DNA of 64,000 nucleotides from a virus. Below the pieces are notes generated by a model, which was given only the letters and a program-made list of their open reading frames with translations, did no database searches and was not told where the DNA came from. Numbering within the stretch: position 1 is the stretch's first letter; the number at the start of each line of letters is the position of its first letter. Location: IMG/VR virus record IMGVR_UViG_3300050821_009780, positions 79,504-143,503 of that record. One strand, written 5' to 3'. The translations under genes were made by a program, and so were the position numbers. Below are positions 1 through 9,218 of this stretch, one piece after another.

Positions 1-1519
1 CGCTGGCCTCGTCGGCCATGGTGATATCCCAGGCGATGTTCTTGCCGCGCTCGGCCAGCAGCCGGGCGGCCTGGTCGGCCAGGTAGGACGACTCGTCGTG
101 CACCAGCGGGGAGGCTTCCAGCGGGGACAGCCCGGCGACCTCGGGGACCAGCCCGCGCCGGGCCAGCTCGGCCTTGAAGTCGTCGGGGTTGACGACGGCG
201 TAGTCGCGCAGGCTGATGTCCGGGATCTGCTTGAGCACGGTGGTCTTGCCGGCCCCGCCGAGCCCGCCCATGACCAGCGCCCGGTGCTCGGACGGCACGG
301 ATACCTGCCTGGCCAGGAAGTCCTGGAGGATCTGCTGGTGCTCCAGGGCGCGCTGCGGCAGCCAGGAGTAGCCGCCGTCGCGGGAGTGCAGCACGGAGGT
401 GGCCTGGCCCTTGCCGGCGGCGGCGTTGACCTTCTCCTGCACGTCGCGGGCGTGCACGGCGTACTGCTCGTCGGTGAGCGGCGCGTACTGGCCGGGGGCG
501 GCCTGCCCGGCGGCAGCGGCACGGGCGGCGGCCTGCGCGGCGCGGGCGCCGGACTCGGCCTTGCGCAGCTCCCCGAGGTGGTCGCGGAGATCGGACTGCC
601 GCTGGCTCTCCTCGCGCTGGGCGTAGCCTTCCAGCCGCCGGTTGGCCTGATCCAGCGCGGAGTCCTGGGGAGAGGGTGCCTGCTGCGGCAGCGGCTGCGG
701 CACGTGCGCGTGCGCGTGCCGGCTGAGGGTGTCCCCGGCCAGCGGGGTGACGAACCGGGAGCCGAGGTGCGGGTGGACCGCCTGCGCGCCCGTGGGGGGC
801 GGCGGCAGCTTAGGCGGCTCGGGCTGCACGGCCGGGTGCTGCGGGCCCTCCTGAAGCCGCTCCGCCGCGCGGGCGGCCCGTTCGGGGACGGCCCCGGTGA
901 GGCGGCGGGTGCGGGTGGACCTGACCCCGGACTGCTTGTCGATGTCCCGCATCCGGGACTGGACGTGGGAGATGCTATCGCGGACAGACTGCTTCTGCTG
1001 GTCGGTCTCCGCACGGGGCAGCAGCTGCTCGGCGGCGGTCCGGTGCGCCTCGTGCAGCTGCTCGTAGCCCTTGGCCAGAGCGGGACTATCCGGGTCGGAC
1101 AGGTGCTGGTGGGCGGCGTCCACGTGCCCGGCGAACTTCTCAGCAGACGGCTTGTCGATATCGTGGAAGCGCTGGCTGCCCCACAGCGCCTGGCCCTTCT
1201 TCGCCCACGCCTGCTGCGCGGCCAGCCACTTGGCCTGGCTGGTGTCGTCGATGACGTGGCCGGGGGCACCCTGGACGAAGTGCGGGTCGTGGCCGCCGGG
1301 GTGCGGCAGGTCGCTGCGCAGCTCGGTGTGCGCCTTGACGTGCTCGGGGATGACCTTGCCCTGCTTGGTCTTCTGCAGCCGGGAGAACGGCCGGACCTGG
1401 AAGCTGGCCAGCTCCAGCGCCTCCGGGTCGGCGGCCAGCTCCAGCGCCCGCCCGGCGCTGATCTCCTCGACCAGATCGCGGGCCAGCGCGGCCAGGGCCT
1501 CCTCGGCGGGACTGGTCAC
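1..1519 (-). CDS. Zeta-toxin (PezT-like P-loop kinase) domain protein, putative head-packaged cargo; 3' end runs off the window
   Basis: Not in the ORF track because there is no stop in the window. My translation from GTG at 1519: MTSPAEEALAALARDLVEEISAGRALELAADPEALELAS...RALVMGGLGGAGKTTVL...YAVVNPDDFKAEL...SPLVHDESSYLA...GKNIAWDITM, which carries zeta-toxin Walker A, NPDDFK and VHxESS motifs. Lies directly downstream of the portal gene. Confidence 0.75.
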   Translation of the reverse strand, partial: MTSPAEEALAALARDLVEEISAGRALELAADPEALELASFQVRPFSRLQKTKQGKVIPEHVKAHTELRSDLPHPGGHDPHFVQGAPGHVIDDTSQAKWLAAQQAWAKKGQALWGSQRFHDIDKPSAEKFAGHVDAAHQHLSDPDSPALAKGYEQLHEAHRTAAEQLLPRAETDQQKQSVRDSISHVQSRMRDIDKQSGVRSTRTRRLTGAVPERAARAAERLQEGPQHPAVQPEPPKLPPPPTGAQAVHPHLGSRFVTPLAGDTLSRHAHAHVPQPLPQQAPSPQDSALDQANRRLEGYAQREESQRQSDLRDHLGELRKAESGARAAQAAARAAAAGQAAPGQYAPLTDEQYAVHARDVQEKVNAAAGKGQATSVLHSRDGGYSWLPQRALEHQQILQDFLARQVSVPSEHRALVMGGLGGAGKTTVLKQIPDISLRDYAVVNPDDFKAELARRGLVPEVAGLSPLEASPLVHDESSYLADQAARLLAERGKNIAWDITMADEAS

Positions 1520-1624
1520 GACTCGCTCCAGGTGCAGTTATTGCAGCACAGGAACTCCTCGCCGGAAGCTGTAACCTCGGTGCCTAGGTCAGCGCTGCCG
1601 CACCGGGGGCAGTGCTCCTCGCAC

Positions 1625-3220
1625 TCAGCGGAATCCGGCACCGCTGCCTCCGCCCGACGGCCCCTGCCCGCTCACCGGCTGGCTGTTCCCGCCGCCTCCG
1701 CCTGCGGCGGGCTGCGGCGAGGGCACGGCGGGAGACTGGGCGGCCATGTTGCCGGCGGTGTTCCCGGCCATGACCGGCATGCCGCCCATCATCTGCTGCT
1801 GGGCCTGGTCCTGCATGAGCTTCTGCTGCTTCTCCCGGTCGGCCTTGATCTTGTCGTAGTCGATGTCGAACGCCAGCTCCTCGCTCATCCGCTGCTCCAG
1901 CTCCAGCATGAACTCAGGGGTGACGTTGGCACTCTGCCCTGCTACGGCCAGCTTGTCGAAGGTGTCCTGGATCGCGGCCTTCTGCTCGGCGGTGAGCGCC
2001 CCCCACTTGAACTCGGGGTACTTCTCGGAGCCGAAGTTCCAGTCCACGAACCGCGGGAAGATGCAGTTGTTAATGACCTCGGCCATCTCCTCCAGGATGC
2101 CCTCCAGCATCATCATGAAGGTGGTGTCGTTCTGCTTGCCGAAGTCCACCAGGGTGGAGTCGCCCTGGCCGGCCCCCGCCCCGGAGTCGGAGTCGAACCA
2201 CTGGGCCAGCACCGACTTGGACATCTGGCTGTTGTGGTGGTTGATGAGGCCGAGGAAGTCGAACCGGGAACTGGTCTCGTTGATGGACTGCACCGTCCAG
2301 TCGGCGGACGGGACGACCATGTACTGGGCCAGGCCGAGCTGGGACAGCGCCCGGGTGAAGTTGTTCTTGTCCTGCGGGGTCGGGTTGGGCACCATGGTGC
2401 CGACCCGCAGCCCGACGGCGGCGCGCTGCGCGGCCAGGTGCGCGATGAAGTAGAGCTTTTCCTTCTTGTCGTAGTGGTAGAAGGCGCTCTCGAACATGCT
2501 CACGCCGTAGAACGGGCGCTCGGCCTCGTCGTGGGCGAAGTAGACGGCGGTGTCCTTGGGGATCTTCACGTCGATGGTGCGGCCCTGGAAGAACGTGCGC
2601 TGCCGGAAGCCGTTCCACCGGCCCTGGCCGTCGAGCAGGAAGGTCAGCGTCTCGGCGGGGCGCCAGTCCAGGGCGCGCAGCGTGGTCTTGCCCTTGTTGG
2701 GGCCGGTCTTCGGGGTCCAGTAAATCATTTCCCAGGCGCTGAACCCGGAGAACAGGGCGAGCAGCATCTGCTTGACGAACCGGGTGAAGCTGAACTCCAT
2801 GCCGCCCGCGGACGGCGGCAGGAACAGCAGATCCTTGCAGAACTGGGCTTCCTCGGTGCCGCCGACCACCCCGTCGCGGGGAATCACGTCGGAGTGCTTG
2901 AGGCTGGCGAGAATCGGCTTGGTGATGAGCCGGAACAGGGCCCGGGCCTGGCCGTCGCGCCGCCGCATGGTGACAAGCTGACGGACCGTGACTGGATCGT
3001 CCCTGAATAGCTCCCAGCTATCCCGGTACGGAGTGGCGAACGGGAGAAAGTACGGGACACCGACGCTGAAGTTGTCCGCCTCGGGCGGCGGCTGGGGCAG
3101 GGCCTGCGCGTCCTCCAGGACATAGCCCTCCTGGCCGAACCCCTGGGACGTGACTCCCATACCGCCCGGAGGGGACAGCCGTCCCTCGGATGAGCCGAAG
3201 CCGCTACCTGGTGTCGTCAC
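1625..3220 (-). CDS. Phage portal protein (DUF935 / Mu gp29-like)
   Basis: FSAWEMIY, LDWRPAETL, FYGVSMFESAFYHY, SKSVLAQW and FVDWNFG motifs; located next to terminase. Start uncertain (3241, 3220 or 3160). Confidence 0.85.
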   Translation of the reverse strand: MTTPGSGFGSSEGRLSPPGGMGVTSQGFGQEGYVLEDAQALPQPPPEADNFSVGVPYFLPFATPYRDSWELFRDDPVTVRQLVTMRRRDGQARALFRLITKPILASLKHSDVIPRDGVVGGTEEAQFCKDLLFLPPSAGGMEFSFTRFVKQMLLALFSGFSAWEMIYWTPKTGPNKGKTTLRALDWRPAETLTFLLDGQGRWNGFRQRTFFQGRTIDVKIPKDTAVYFAHDEAERPFYGVSMFESAFYHYDKKEKLYFIAHLAAQRAAVGLRVGTMVPNPTPQDKNNFTRALSQLGLAQYMVVPSADWTVQSINETSSRFDFLGLINHHNSQMSKSVLAQWFDSDSGAGAGQGDSTLVDFGKQNDTTFMMMLEGILEEMAEVINNCIFPRFVDWNFGSEKYPEFKWGALTAEQKAAIQDTFDKLAVAGQSANVTPEFMLELEQRMSEELAFDIDYDKIKADREKQQKLMQDQAQQQMMGGMPVMAGNTAGNMAAQSPAVPSPQPAAGGGGGNSQPVSGQGPSGGGSGAGFR

Positions 3221-3266
3221 ACCGAGGTAGATCGGTGCCAAGCGGGCAGCTTATCCCCGCTAATCC

Positions 3267-3815
3267 CTACCGCAGCACCTGTATTTTCAGGGTGGTCGCC
3301 ACCAGGACACCGGTGGTGGACTTCGCCCCCGGCTGCTGCAGGGTGAGGTCCAGCTCAGGGGCGTTGTTGGCGATCTTCTGCGCCTTCGCCGCCGCATTCA
3401 GGATGACCTGCGGGTCGGCGGCGGCGCTGACGCCCGCGCCCGCGCTCGCGGTGGACTTGGCAGTGGAGGAAGTATTCACGCCCGCGCCCGCACTCGCGGT
3501 GGACTTGGGCCCGGCGGTGTTCACGCCCGCCCCCGCAGTCTTGGTGCCCGCTGTGTTCGGCTTGGCTGCAGCCGACGTAGGCTTGTACGGCTTGATGGCG
3601 GTCACCGTGTACGCGGTCCGGCCGACCTGGATGACGTTCCCCGGCTTGAGCGACGAAGCAGGCATAAGGCCCGATCCTCCGGCGACGTGGCCCTGCACGT
3701 GCTGCCGGACCACCTGGGGACGGCCCCGCTCGACCCGCTGGTACATGCGGACGGGCACCGTCTGGCGGGCGGTGCCGGCCAGGCGCAGCAGCTTGCCCAG
3801 GGGAGTCTCGGTCAC
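3267..3815 (-). CDS. Hypothetical, probably virion-associated protein with LRLA leader and Ala/Ser/Thr-rich repeats
   Basis: GTG start giving MTETPLGKLLRLAG..., VRMYQRVERGRPQVVRQH motif, KSTASAGAGV repeats. Confidence 0.55.
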   Translation of the reverse strand: MTETPLGKLLRLAGTARQTVPVRMYQRVERGRPQVVRQHVQGHVAGGSGLMPASSLKPGNVIQVGRTAYTVTAIKPYKPTSAAAKPNTAGTKTAGAGVNTAGPKSTASAGAGVNTSSTAKSTASAGAGVSAAADPQVILNAAAKAQKIANNAPELDLTLQQPGAKSTTGVLVATTLKIQVLR

Positions 3816-3834
3816 ACCGGACAAATCGGTGCCG

Positions 3835-3867
3835 GAAAACAAGCAGCCCCGGCGAGCCGGGGCTGCT
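3835..3867 (-). terminator. Intrinsic terminator
   Basis: 12-bp inverted repeat AGCAGCCCCGGC/GCCGGGGCTGCT (3842-3867), followed by TGTTTT on the minus strand. Confidence 0.7.
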
Positions 3868-3876
3868 CCTGGGGTA

Positions 3877-4026
3877 CTAGCGCTTCCTGCCATGCGGAGT
3901 CCTCTCCGGGTTCCGCTGCGTGCGCGCCGGGTTGTTCTTCGTCCGCCGGTGCTCGGCGGCGTACCTGGCGCACTTGACGCGGTTCCTGTTGAACTTCCGG
4001 TTCTTCTTTCCCTGCTTGTGGGGCAT
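3877..4026 (-). CDS. Small, very basic protein (49 aa)
   Basis: MPHKQGKKNRKFNRNRVKCARYAAEHRRTKNNPARTQRNPERTPHGRKR; GAGAGGA RBS; followed by a terminator. Confidence 0.6.
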   Translation of the reverse strand: MPHKQGKKNRKFNRNRVKCARYAAEHRRTKNNPARTQRNPERTPHGRKR

Positions 4027-4104
4027 TTCCTCTCACCCCCTCTCACATCCGGTCCTAGGACTGGGGTGTGAGATGGCGCAGAAGAACCACGGCCCCTCCT
4101 CTCG

Positions 4105-4143
4105 ACAAGAAACAGCTCCCGCCGGGGGTGCGGCGGGAGCTGT
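4105..4143 (-). terminator. Intrinsic terminator
   Basis: 13-bp perfect inverted repeat ACAGCTCCCGCCG/CGGCGGGAGCTGT, followed by TTCTT on the minus strand. Confidence 0.75.
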
Positions 4144-4216
4144 CGGGCTGCAGGCGGTTGCCCGCAGCGGGGTTGTGGACGGCCGATGCAGCTGACAAGG
4201 CTGCTAGCCGCCAGCC

Positions 4217-4245
4217 ATACTACCGGACGGTTGCCTCAAGTCAAG
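4217..4245 (-). promoter_or_regulatory. Sigma-A-type promoter with overlapping 16-bp operator
   Basis: TTGACT-N16-TAGTAT; palindrome GTTGCCT-CA-AGTCAAG at 4230-4245. Confidence 0.55.
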
Positions 4246-4520
4246 TCGGTCATGGTCCCGGTCTCCACGCCGCCGGTGACGACATCGTGGCACAGGCAGA
4301 GGCAGCCCGAGCCTTGCGGCGGCTCCTCGCCCTTGCAGGCCGCATGCAGGTGACGGGCATATTCCGGCTTACTGCCAGTGAGCTTCATGGCGTCCTGGCA
4401 GGTGAGGCTGAGCCTGCTGTTCGCCGCTATCCGGTGCGCCTTCTGGAGCTGCCGGGCCAATATCTCCTCGCGGAGCCTGCGGCGCTCCAAGATGGTCATT
4501 CCCCGCCGGAAGCTAGGCAT
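4236..4520 (-). CDS. Hypothetical protein
   Basis: Overlapping minus-strand ORF in a small-gene cluster between terL and portal. Confidence 0.5.
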   Translation of the reverse strand: MPSFRRGMTILERRRLREEILARQLQKAHRIAANSRLSLTCQDAMKLTGSKPEYARHLHAACKGEEPPQGSGCLCLCHDVVTGGVETGTMTDLT

Positions 4521-4749
4521 ACCGCACGCTCGTCTTCCCCTGGTAAGTGGCTACTGTCATCTTGTCGGCCTGGTCGCCTGGCAGCAGGTGGCAGTACGCT
4601 GCCCCGCTCAGGTGCACCAGGCCGAACGAACGGCCGTCCGGCATTCCCGGACGTACATCAGCTCCGCAGTGATCGCATTTCCTGATCCAGACAGCAGCAC
4701 AGTCGCACCCGAGCAGCCCGGTGATGCACTCGCCGTACAGGCACGCCAC
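4513..4749 (-). CDS. Hypothetical Cys-rich protein
   Basis: Overlapping ORF with several Cys/His residues. Confidence 0.45.
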   Translation of the reverse strand: MACLYGECITGLLGCDCAAVWIRKCDHCGADVRPGMPDGRSFGLVHLSGAAYCHLLPGDQADKMTVATYQGKTSVRYA

Positions 4750-4866
4750 CTACAGCACCCCCACCAGGATCAAGCCTCCGAGGGTGCCTGCGGCAACCGC
4801 GAAGAACAGGGCAGCTCCGAACAGCCAGTACAGCAGACAGCCCAGATCACGCCCGAAGTCATCCAC
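4750..4866 (-). CDS. Small membrane protein
   Basis: One long hydrophobic stretch, LGCLLYWLFGAALFFAVAAGTLGGLILVGVL. Confidence 0.45.
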   Translation of the reverse strand: MDDFGRDLGCLLYWLFGAALFFAVAAGTLGGLILVGVL

Positions 4867-5155
4867 GGAGACGCTCCAGCAGCAGCTCCCCGTCGCTCGG
4901 GTATCCCCGGCCCGGATACCGCTGATAGGCAAGAAGCGGCGGGACAGTACGCCGGGCCTTCTTCGCAGGGCGCCACTTATCGCCCATATCCCGCATAAGA
5001 CCGTGACCGGCCGGGCACCGGGGTCCTCCGCCGAAACCGAGGTGCGGGGCCTTGCACACGTGCAGGCACGTCTCGCACAGGAACTTGCTCTTCGGGCCGG
5101 ACCGGCAGCAGCGGCAAAACGCGTTGATACCCGGACCGACGTAACCGTGCGCCAC
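4859..5155 (-). CDS. Hypothetical Cys-rich (Zn-binding) protein
   Basis: CRCC and CETC motifs; starts just downstream of the 5168 palindrome. Confidence 0.45.
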   Translation of the reverse strand: MAHGYVGPGINAFCRCCRSGPKSKFLCETCLHVCKAPHLGFGGGPRCPAGHGLMRDMGDKWRPAKKARRTVPPLLAYQRYPGRGYPSDGELLLERLRG

Positions 5156-5167
5156 TAACCTCACCGC

Positions 5168-5183
5168 CTTGTCTTGAGACAAG
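5168..5183. promoter_or_regulatory. 16-bp palindromic operator
   Basis: CTTGTCT-TG-AGACAAG with perfect arms; intergenic, immediately after terL. Confidence 0.6.
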
Positions 5184-5191
5184 TATACCAG

Positions 5192-7198
5192 CTACTGCTG
5201 GTGGTACCCGGCCTCTCCTACGTCGTACACCCGCTCGCCGCCCGGCAGGCTGTAGTACTCCATCTCCCGGTCCTTGACCTCCTCCGGGATAGGGTCCTCC
5301 GATATCAGGTAGGTCATGTCCGGCATGCCGATGGGCAGCAGCGACCGGTCGGCGGACCCGCCCCACGAGTAGTTGCCGGACGGGAACGCGCGCCGTCCCT
5401 GCTCGTCCTCCTGCCCGCCGAGGCGCAGCGCCCCGGACACCGCCCCGGACAGGCCGTCGGCCAGGTCCTTGCTGCCGCCGGCCGGGTGATCGATCTTCCC
5501 GTTCGGCATCCGGGACAGGGTGAGCAACTCGCGCATCATGATCTCGTTGCCGGGCATCTCCAGCCGGCTCTCGTACGCCGTGTCGCGCAGGTTGCGCCAG
5601 CCGGTCTCGTCGCGGTCCAGGGAGAACTTGTCGGTCTCGATGCCGGCGCTCGCCAGCCGCTGCAGCAGGTCGGTGGACTGCCACTGGTCGGCGGTGAACA
5701 GGGCGAGGATGAAGCCGCGGCGGCGCAGCTCCAGCGCCAGGTCGCCTACCCAGCGGATCTGGATCTCCCGGGCGGGGACGGCGGACTTGTCGGCCTCGTA
5801 GCCGATGACGAAGTCCACCTTGACCAGGGGACGGGACTCGTGCAGGGCCACGTCCAGCCCGCCCTCGTCGGCGCCGAGCACGGTGACGTCGTTCCAGCTC
5901 TTGACGTGCGCGAGGGCGACCCCGGCCCGGCAGGCGTCCACCGCGAGGTCGGCGTGCAGCGCGTACCGCGCGCCCTGGATGGGAATCAGGTCGGGGCTGA
6001 ACTTGTAGACCGGGCGCCACGCTTTGCCGTCCCGGACGTAGTCCACTTCCAGCGGCTGCACGTCGTGGCTGGAGGTGTAGACGCAGGAGCGCAGCGCCAG
6101 CTCGTTGGCGAAGTAGGGCGACACGGTGTAGGAGGGCTTGCACTCGTACCGCGCCCGGGCCATGACGGGGTCGTCCCGGTAGTCCTTGGCGAACTGCTCC
6201 TTGCCCTTGACCCGGGGGTTGACCTCCCAGGTGGCGAAGGGGCCGGAGACGTAGTGCCGGGACTGGTCGCCGTGCGCCGCCAGATCCTGGTTGCCCTCGT
6301 CCACCAGCTGCTGGATCTTGCTGCCCAGGTAGCGGGGCCAGGAGATACGGATGTTCTTGTAGGTCTCGAACCGGGTGGAGGCCGAAGTCTGGAGCATCAT
6401 GAGGATGGCCTCGGCAGTGGTGGTGGACTCGCGGGCCCCGCGCCGCCCGCCGGACTTCTCCAGCTCGCCGACCGTCTTGAACGCGTCGATCTCGTCGGCG
6501 ACGCCGAGGATCAGGTTGAGGCCCTCCTGGCTGTCGGCGTCGGAGTGGCCGGAGACCGCCTCGATGTTCTTCGGGAAGCGGATGGTGTCCAGCAGCGCGG
6601 TGGCGTTGCGCTCCTCGCCGGGCTTGGGCTTGGGCGGCCTTCCGCGCCCGGCCTTGCGCTCGTTGATCTCCACCGCACCCATGGTGGTGAACCAGTTGCC
6701 GGAGCGGGTGACCGCCTTGCGGAGCGGGGCGAAGAACGCGCGCTGCGCCTGCCGGGAGTTGGACGCCACGTTGAGCACGTGGATCGAGTCCTGCGGCGGC
6801 ATCTCGTAGTACGCCTGCGGGGAGCGCAGGCACAGCAGCAGGTAGCAGACCCGCAGCACCGCGATGCGGGACACGTGGTCCTTGCCAGAGCCCTTGCCCC
6901 ACTCCAGCTCCAGGAAGTTGACCTGGCGGACCGGGGTCTTCCAGAACGCGCGGCCGACCGGGTCCGGGTGGTGGGCGGCGATGTACTCGTAGGTCTCCGG
7001 GTAGTAGATACGCTCGGCGTGCAGCACCGAATCGTACTGGATCTCCGACAGCCGGGGGTTGGCCAGGTACAGCGGGCTGGTGACGAACTCGGTCAGGGTG
7101 ACCGGCCACTCCTCGAAGACACGGTCGGTGGAGCTGCCGCCGCGAGTGATCTTCGGCGGGGCGAGCGCGGAGAAGTCGGAGTTGGCCCACTCAGTCAT
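5192..7198 (-). CDS. terL: Terminase large subunit
   Basis: Walker A WGKGSGKD, Walker B GVADEIDAF, RNase H-like nuclease motifs HADLA and SKDLADG; ATG at 7198 overlaps the upstream stop. Confidence 0.9.
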   Translation of the reverse strand: MTEWANSDFSALAPPKITRGGSSTDRVFEEWPVTLTEFVTSPLYLANPRLSEIQYDSVLHAERIYYPETYEYIAAHHPDPVGRAFWKTPVRQVNFLELEWGKGSGKDHVSRIAVLRVCYLLLCLRSPQAYYEMPPQDSIHVLNVASNSRQAQRAFFAPLRKAVTRSGNWFTTMGAVEINERKAGRGRPPKPKPGEERNATALLDTIRFPKNIEAVSGHSDADSQEGLNLILGVADEIDAFKTVGELEKSGGRRGARESTTTAEAILMMLQTSASTRFETYKNIRISWPRYLGSKIQQLVDEGNQDLAAHGDQSRHYVSGPFATWEVNPRVKGKEQFAKDYRDDPVMARARYECKPSYTVSPYFANELALRSCVYTSSHDVQPLEVDYVRDGKAWRPVYKFSPDLIPIQGARYALHADLAVDACRAGVALAHVKSWNDVTVLGADEGGLDVALHESRPLVKVDFVIGYEADKSAVPAREIQIRWVGDLALELRRRGFILALFTADQWQSTDLLQRLASAGIETDKFSLDRDETGWRNLRDTAYESRLEMPGNEIMMRELLTLSRMPNGKIDHPAGGSKDLADGLSGAVSGALRLGGQEDEQGRRAFPSGNYSWGGSADRSLLPIGMPDMTYLISEDPIPEEVKDREMEYYSLPGGERVYDVGEAGYHQQ

Positions 7199-7487
7199 CC
7201 CAGTCGAACCCCCAGCGCGGCTCGTACTCCACGCTCTCGCCCGAAGCCAGGCGGAGCGGGGCCTCCTCGGGGGCGTACCGGTGGCCGGGAACGCTCCAGT
7301 AGTGAGCCATGGCGCAGCGGCGGGACTCCCAGCACGCCCGCACACCCTCGTCGGTCAGGCCGCCGTTGATGCGCTCCTCGCCGCAGTACAGGTGCCAGTA
7401 GATGCCCTCATCTACCAGGGAGAAGCGGCGGGTGTACCCGGCGGGCAGCCGGTACGTCCGGTCGAGATCTAGGTAGTTCTGTGCCAC
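7191..7487 (-). CDS. Hypothetical protein
   Basis: Overlaps the terL start. Confidence 0.55.
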   Translation of the reverse strand: MAQNYLDLDRTYRLPAGYTRRFSLVDEGIYWHLYCGEERINGGLTDEGVRACWESRRCAMAHYWSVPGHRYAPEEAPLRLASGESVEYEPRWGFDWDD

Positions 7488-7505
7488 GCAGCAGGCAATC
7501 GCCTG

Positions 7506-8054
7506 CTACCAGTCGCGGTCCCCGCCCGTCGTGTGGTTGGAGTCGTTATTGTGGTGGTGGTCGCCATCCTCGACGCGGATAACACGATGCGGGTGGCTGT
7601 GAGTGCCGTTGAACCGGCCGTGCTCCATGGCGACCGCCTGGGAGGCGGGGGCCTTGCCGGCCAGCCGCATGAACGTCTCGGAGTCGCTCTCGGCTGCCTC
7701 GCGGGCGGGCACCCGGGACAGGAGCAGCTCGCCGCCCTGCAGCGCGGACAGCGCGACCATGGCCTCCTGCACCAGCGCGGACGCCTTGACCTTCTTCTTG
7801 CCTGCGTCCTGGTCCGCCTTGGCGCCCTTGGCCTTCTTCTTGCCGAGCCACGGCGGCTTCTTCTTGCCGCCCTTGGCGTCGTCCTCATCCTCGTCGTCAT
7901 CTTCGTCGTCGCCATCACCGTCGTCGTCCGTGTCGGCGAGCAGCAGCACCAGCTCGTTCAGCCGCTCAGCCGCCGCACGGACCAGCTCCTCGGCATCGTC
8001 GGCCGGGCCGCCCTCGGGGGCGGCGAGCCGCAGAACCTTTTCCAGGGCAGACAA
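7506..8054 (-). CDS. Hypothetical head-region protein with ALEKVLRLAA leader, acidic tract and His-rich C-terminus
   Basis: GGAGG RBS; N-terminus nearly identical to that of the 9211-9696 gene. Confidence 0.65.
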   Translation of the reverse strand: MSALEKVLRLAAPEGGPADDAEELVRAAAERLNELVLLLADTDDDGDGDDEDDDEDEDDAKGGKKKPPWLGKKKAKGAKADQDAGKKKVKASALVQEAMVALSALQGGELLLSRVPAREAAESDSETFMRLAGKAPASQAVAMEHGRFNGTHSHPHRVIRVEDGDHHHNNDSNHTTGGDRDW

Positions 8055-8096
8055 TGAGACCTCCGGTGTCGTTAGCTACGGCTGTCTAATCGCCCT

Positions 8097-9218
8097 CTAC
8101 ATCCGGAGGTTGGGCAGGTAGCCGTTGACCCGCCCGGCGAAGTAGTGGCGCCGCACCCGGTCGATGAGCCGGGCGACCTCGGTGCCGATCTTGCGCCAGG
8201 CGTTAGCCTGGTCCTGGTAGTCCTTCAGCATCTGGGCGAGCGCGCTGCCCTGCTCGGCAGGCGGCACCGCCTGCGCCCCGTAGACGGCGGGCCGACCAGC
8301 CCCGGCATCCTTCTTGCTGGCCGAGTACAGCGCGGACTGGGCCTGGCGCAGGCAGGCGAGGGCCTGGATGACGTCGTTCTTCTCCAGCTTGAGCGCGGCC
8401 ATGCGCAGCGCCTGCCGGACGGTGTTGGACAGCGTGACATCGATGCCGTCGGGCACCAGCTTCACCAGCGCGGTGCACTCCTTCGGCGTCGGCAGCGCCA
8501 CGTGGGGCGGCAGCGGCGGGGACGGGGAGACAGCCTGGCTGGGCACCTGGTGCAGCCCGTACTGGCCGCGCGGGGCGGGCGCGGCCAGCTTCAGCGCCTT
8601 CCAGGCCGGCTCGTCGGTGACCAGCTGCCCGTCCTGCAGCTGCTTGAGCAGCCGGACCCAGCGGCCCTCGCCCGGGTAGTTGTCCACTACGTGCTCGGAC
8701 AGCTTGTCGATGTGCTCCTGCGCGCCCTTCAGGTGCTTGCGGGCGTGGTCGGCGTTGAACTCCCAGACCACCTTCGGGTCCGGCTTGAGCATCTCGTCGG
8801 CGTGCCGCTTGGCGTGCGCCAGCTCGTGCAGCACGGTCTCGGTGAGGTGCGCGGTCGTCGCGATCCGGAGGGACTTGTTCAGCGACCGGGCCAGCCCGAC
8901 GCACTGCCGGACCGCCTCCAGCTCGGCGGCCTCGGCCGGGTAGTGGTGCCGGAGGTCGTCCACCAGGAAGTGCATGTTGTCCAGGGCGACGGACAGGTGG
9001 TTGGCGATGTGCGTCGAGTGGTACTTGCGCAGCTCGGCGGTGCCTGCCTTCAGCGCGGCGGACATCCGCTCCTCCCCGTGCCCCACCGCCCGCACCGTAT
9101 CGTCGATGCGGTGCGCGACGAGCATCTCCCTGGAGTCCTTGTCACCGGGGGTGGCCGGGAGCGGCAGCTTGTCCCGGCCGGGGAAGGGGGAGGCCCCGGG
9201 GAACCCGCGCTCAGCCAT
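8097..9218 (-). CDS. Hypothetical helical head-region protein with an internal duplication
   Basis: ATG at 9218 overlaps the upstream stop; two similar His-rich helical units ending HHYPAE and DNYPGE. Confidence 0.65.
   Translation of the reverse strand: MAERGFPGASPFPGRDKLPLPATPGDKDSREMLVAHRIDDTVRAVGHGEERMSAALKAGTAELRKYHSTHIANHLSVALDNMHFLVDDLRHHYPAEAAELEAVRQCVGLARSLNKSLRIATTAHLTETVLHELAHAKRHADEMLKPDPKVVWEFNADHARKHLKGAQEHIDKLSEHVVDNYPGEGRWVRLLKQLQDGQLVTDEPAWKALKLAAPAPRGQYGLHQVPSQAVSPSPPLPPHVALPTPKECTALVKLVPDGIDVTLSNTVRQALRMAALKLEKNDVIQALACLRQAQSALYSASKKDAGAGRPAVYGAQAVPPAEQGSALAQMLKDYQDQANAWRKIGTEVARLIDRVRRHYFAGRVNGYLPNLRM

Noticed and set aside
4027-4235. tRNA in the structured intergenic region
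   Set aside because: No T-loop (GTTCRA) or cloverleaf could be built
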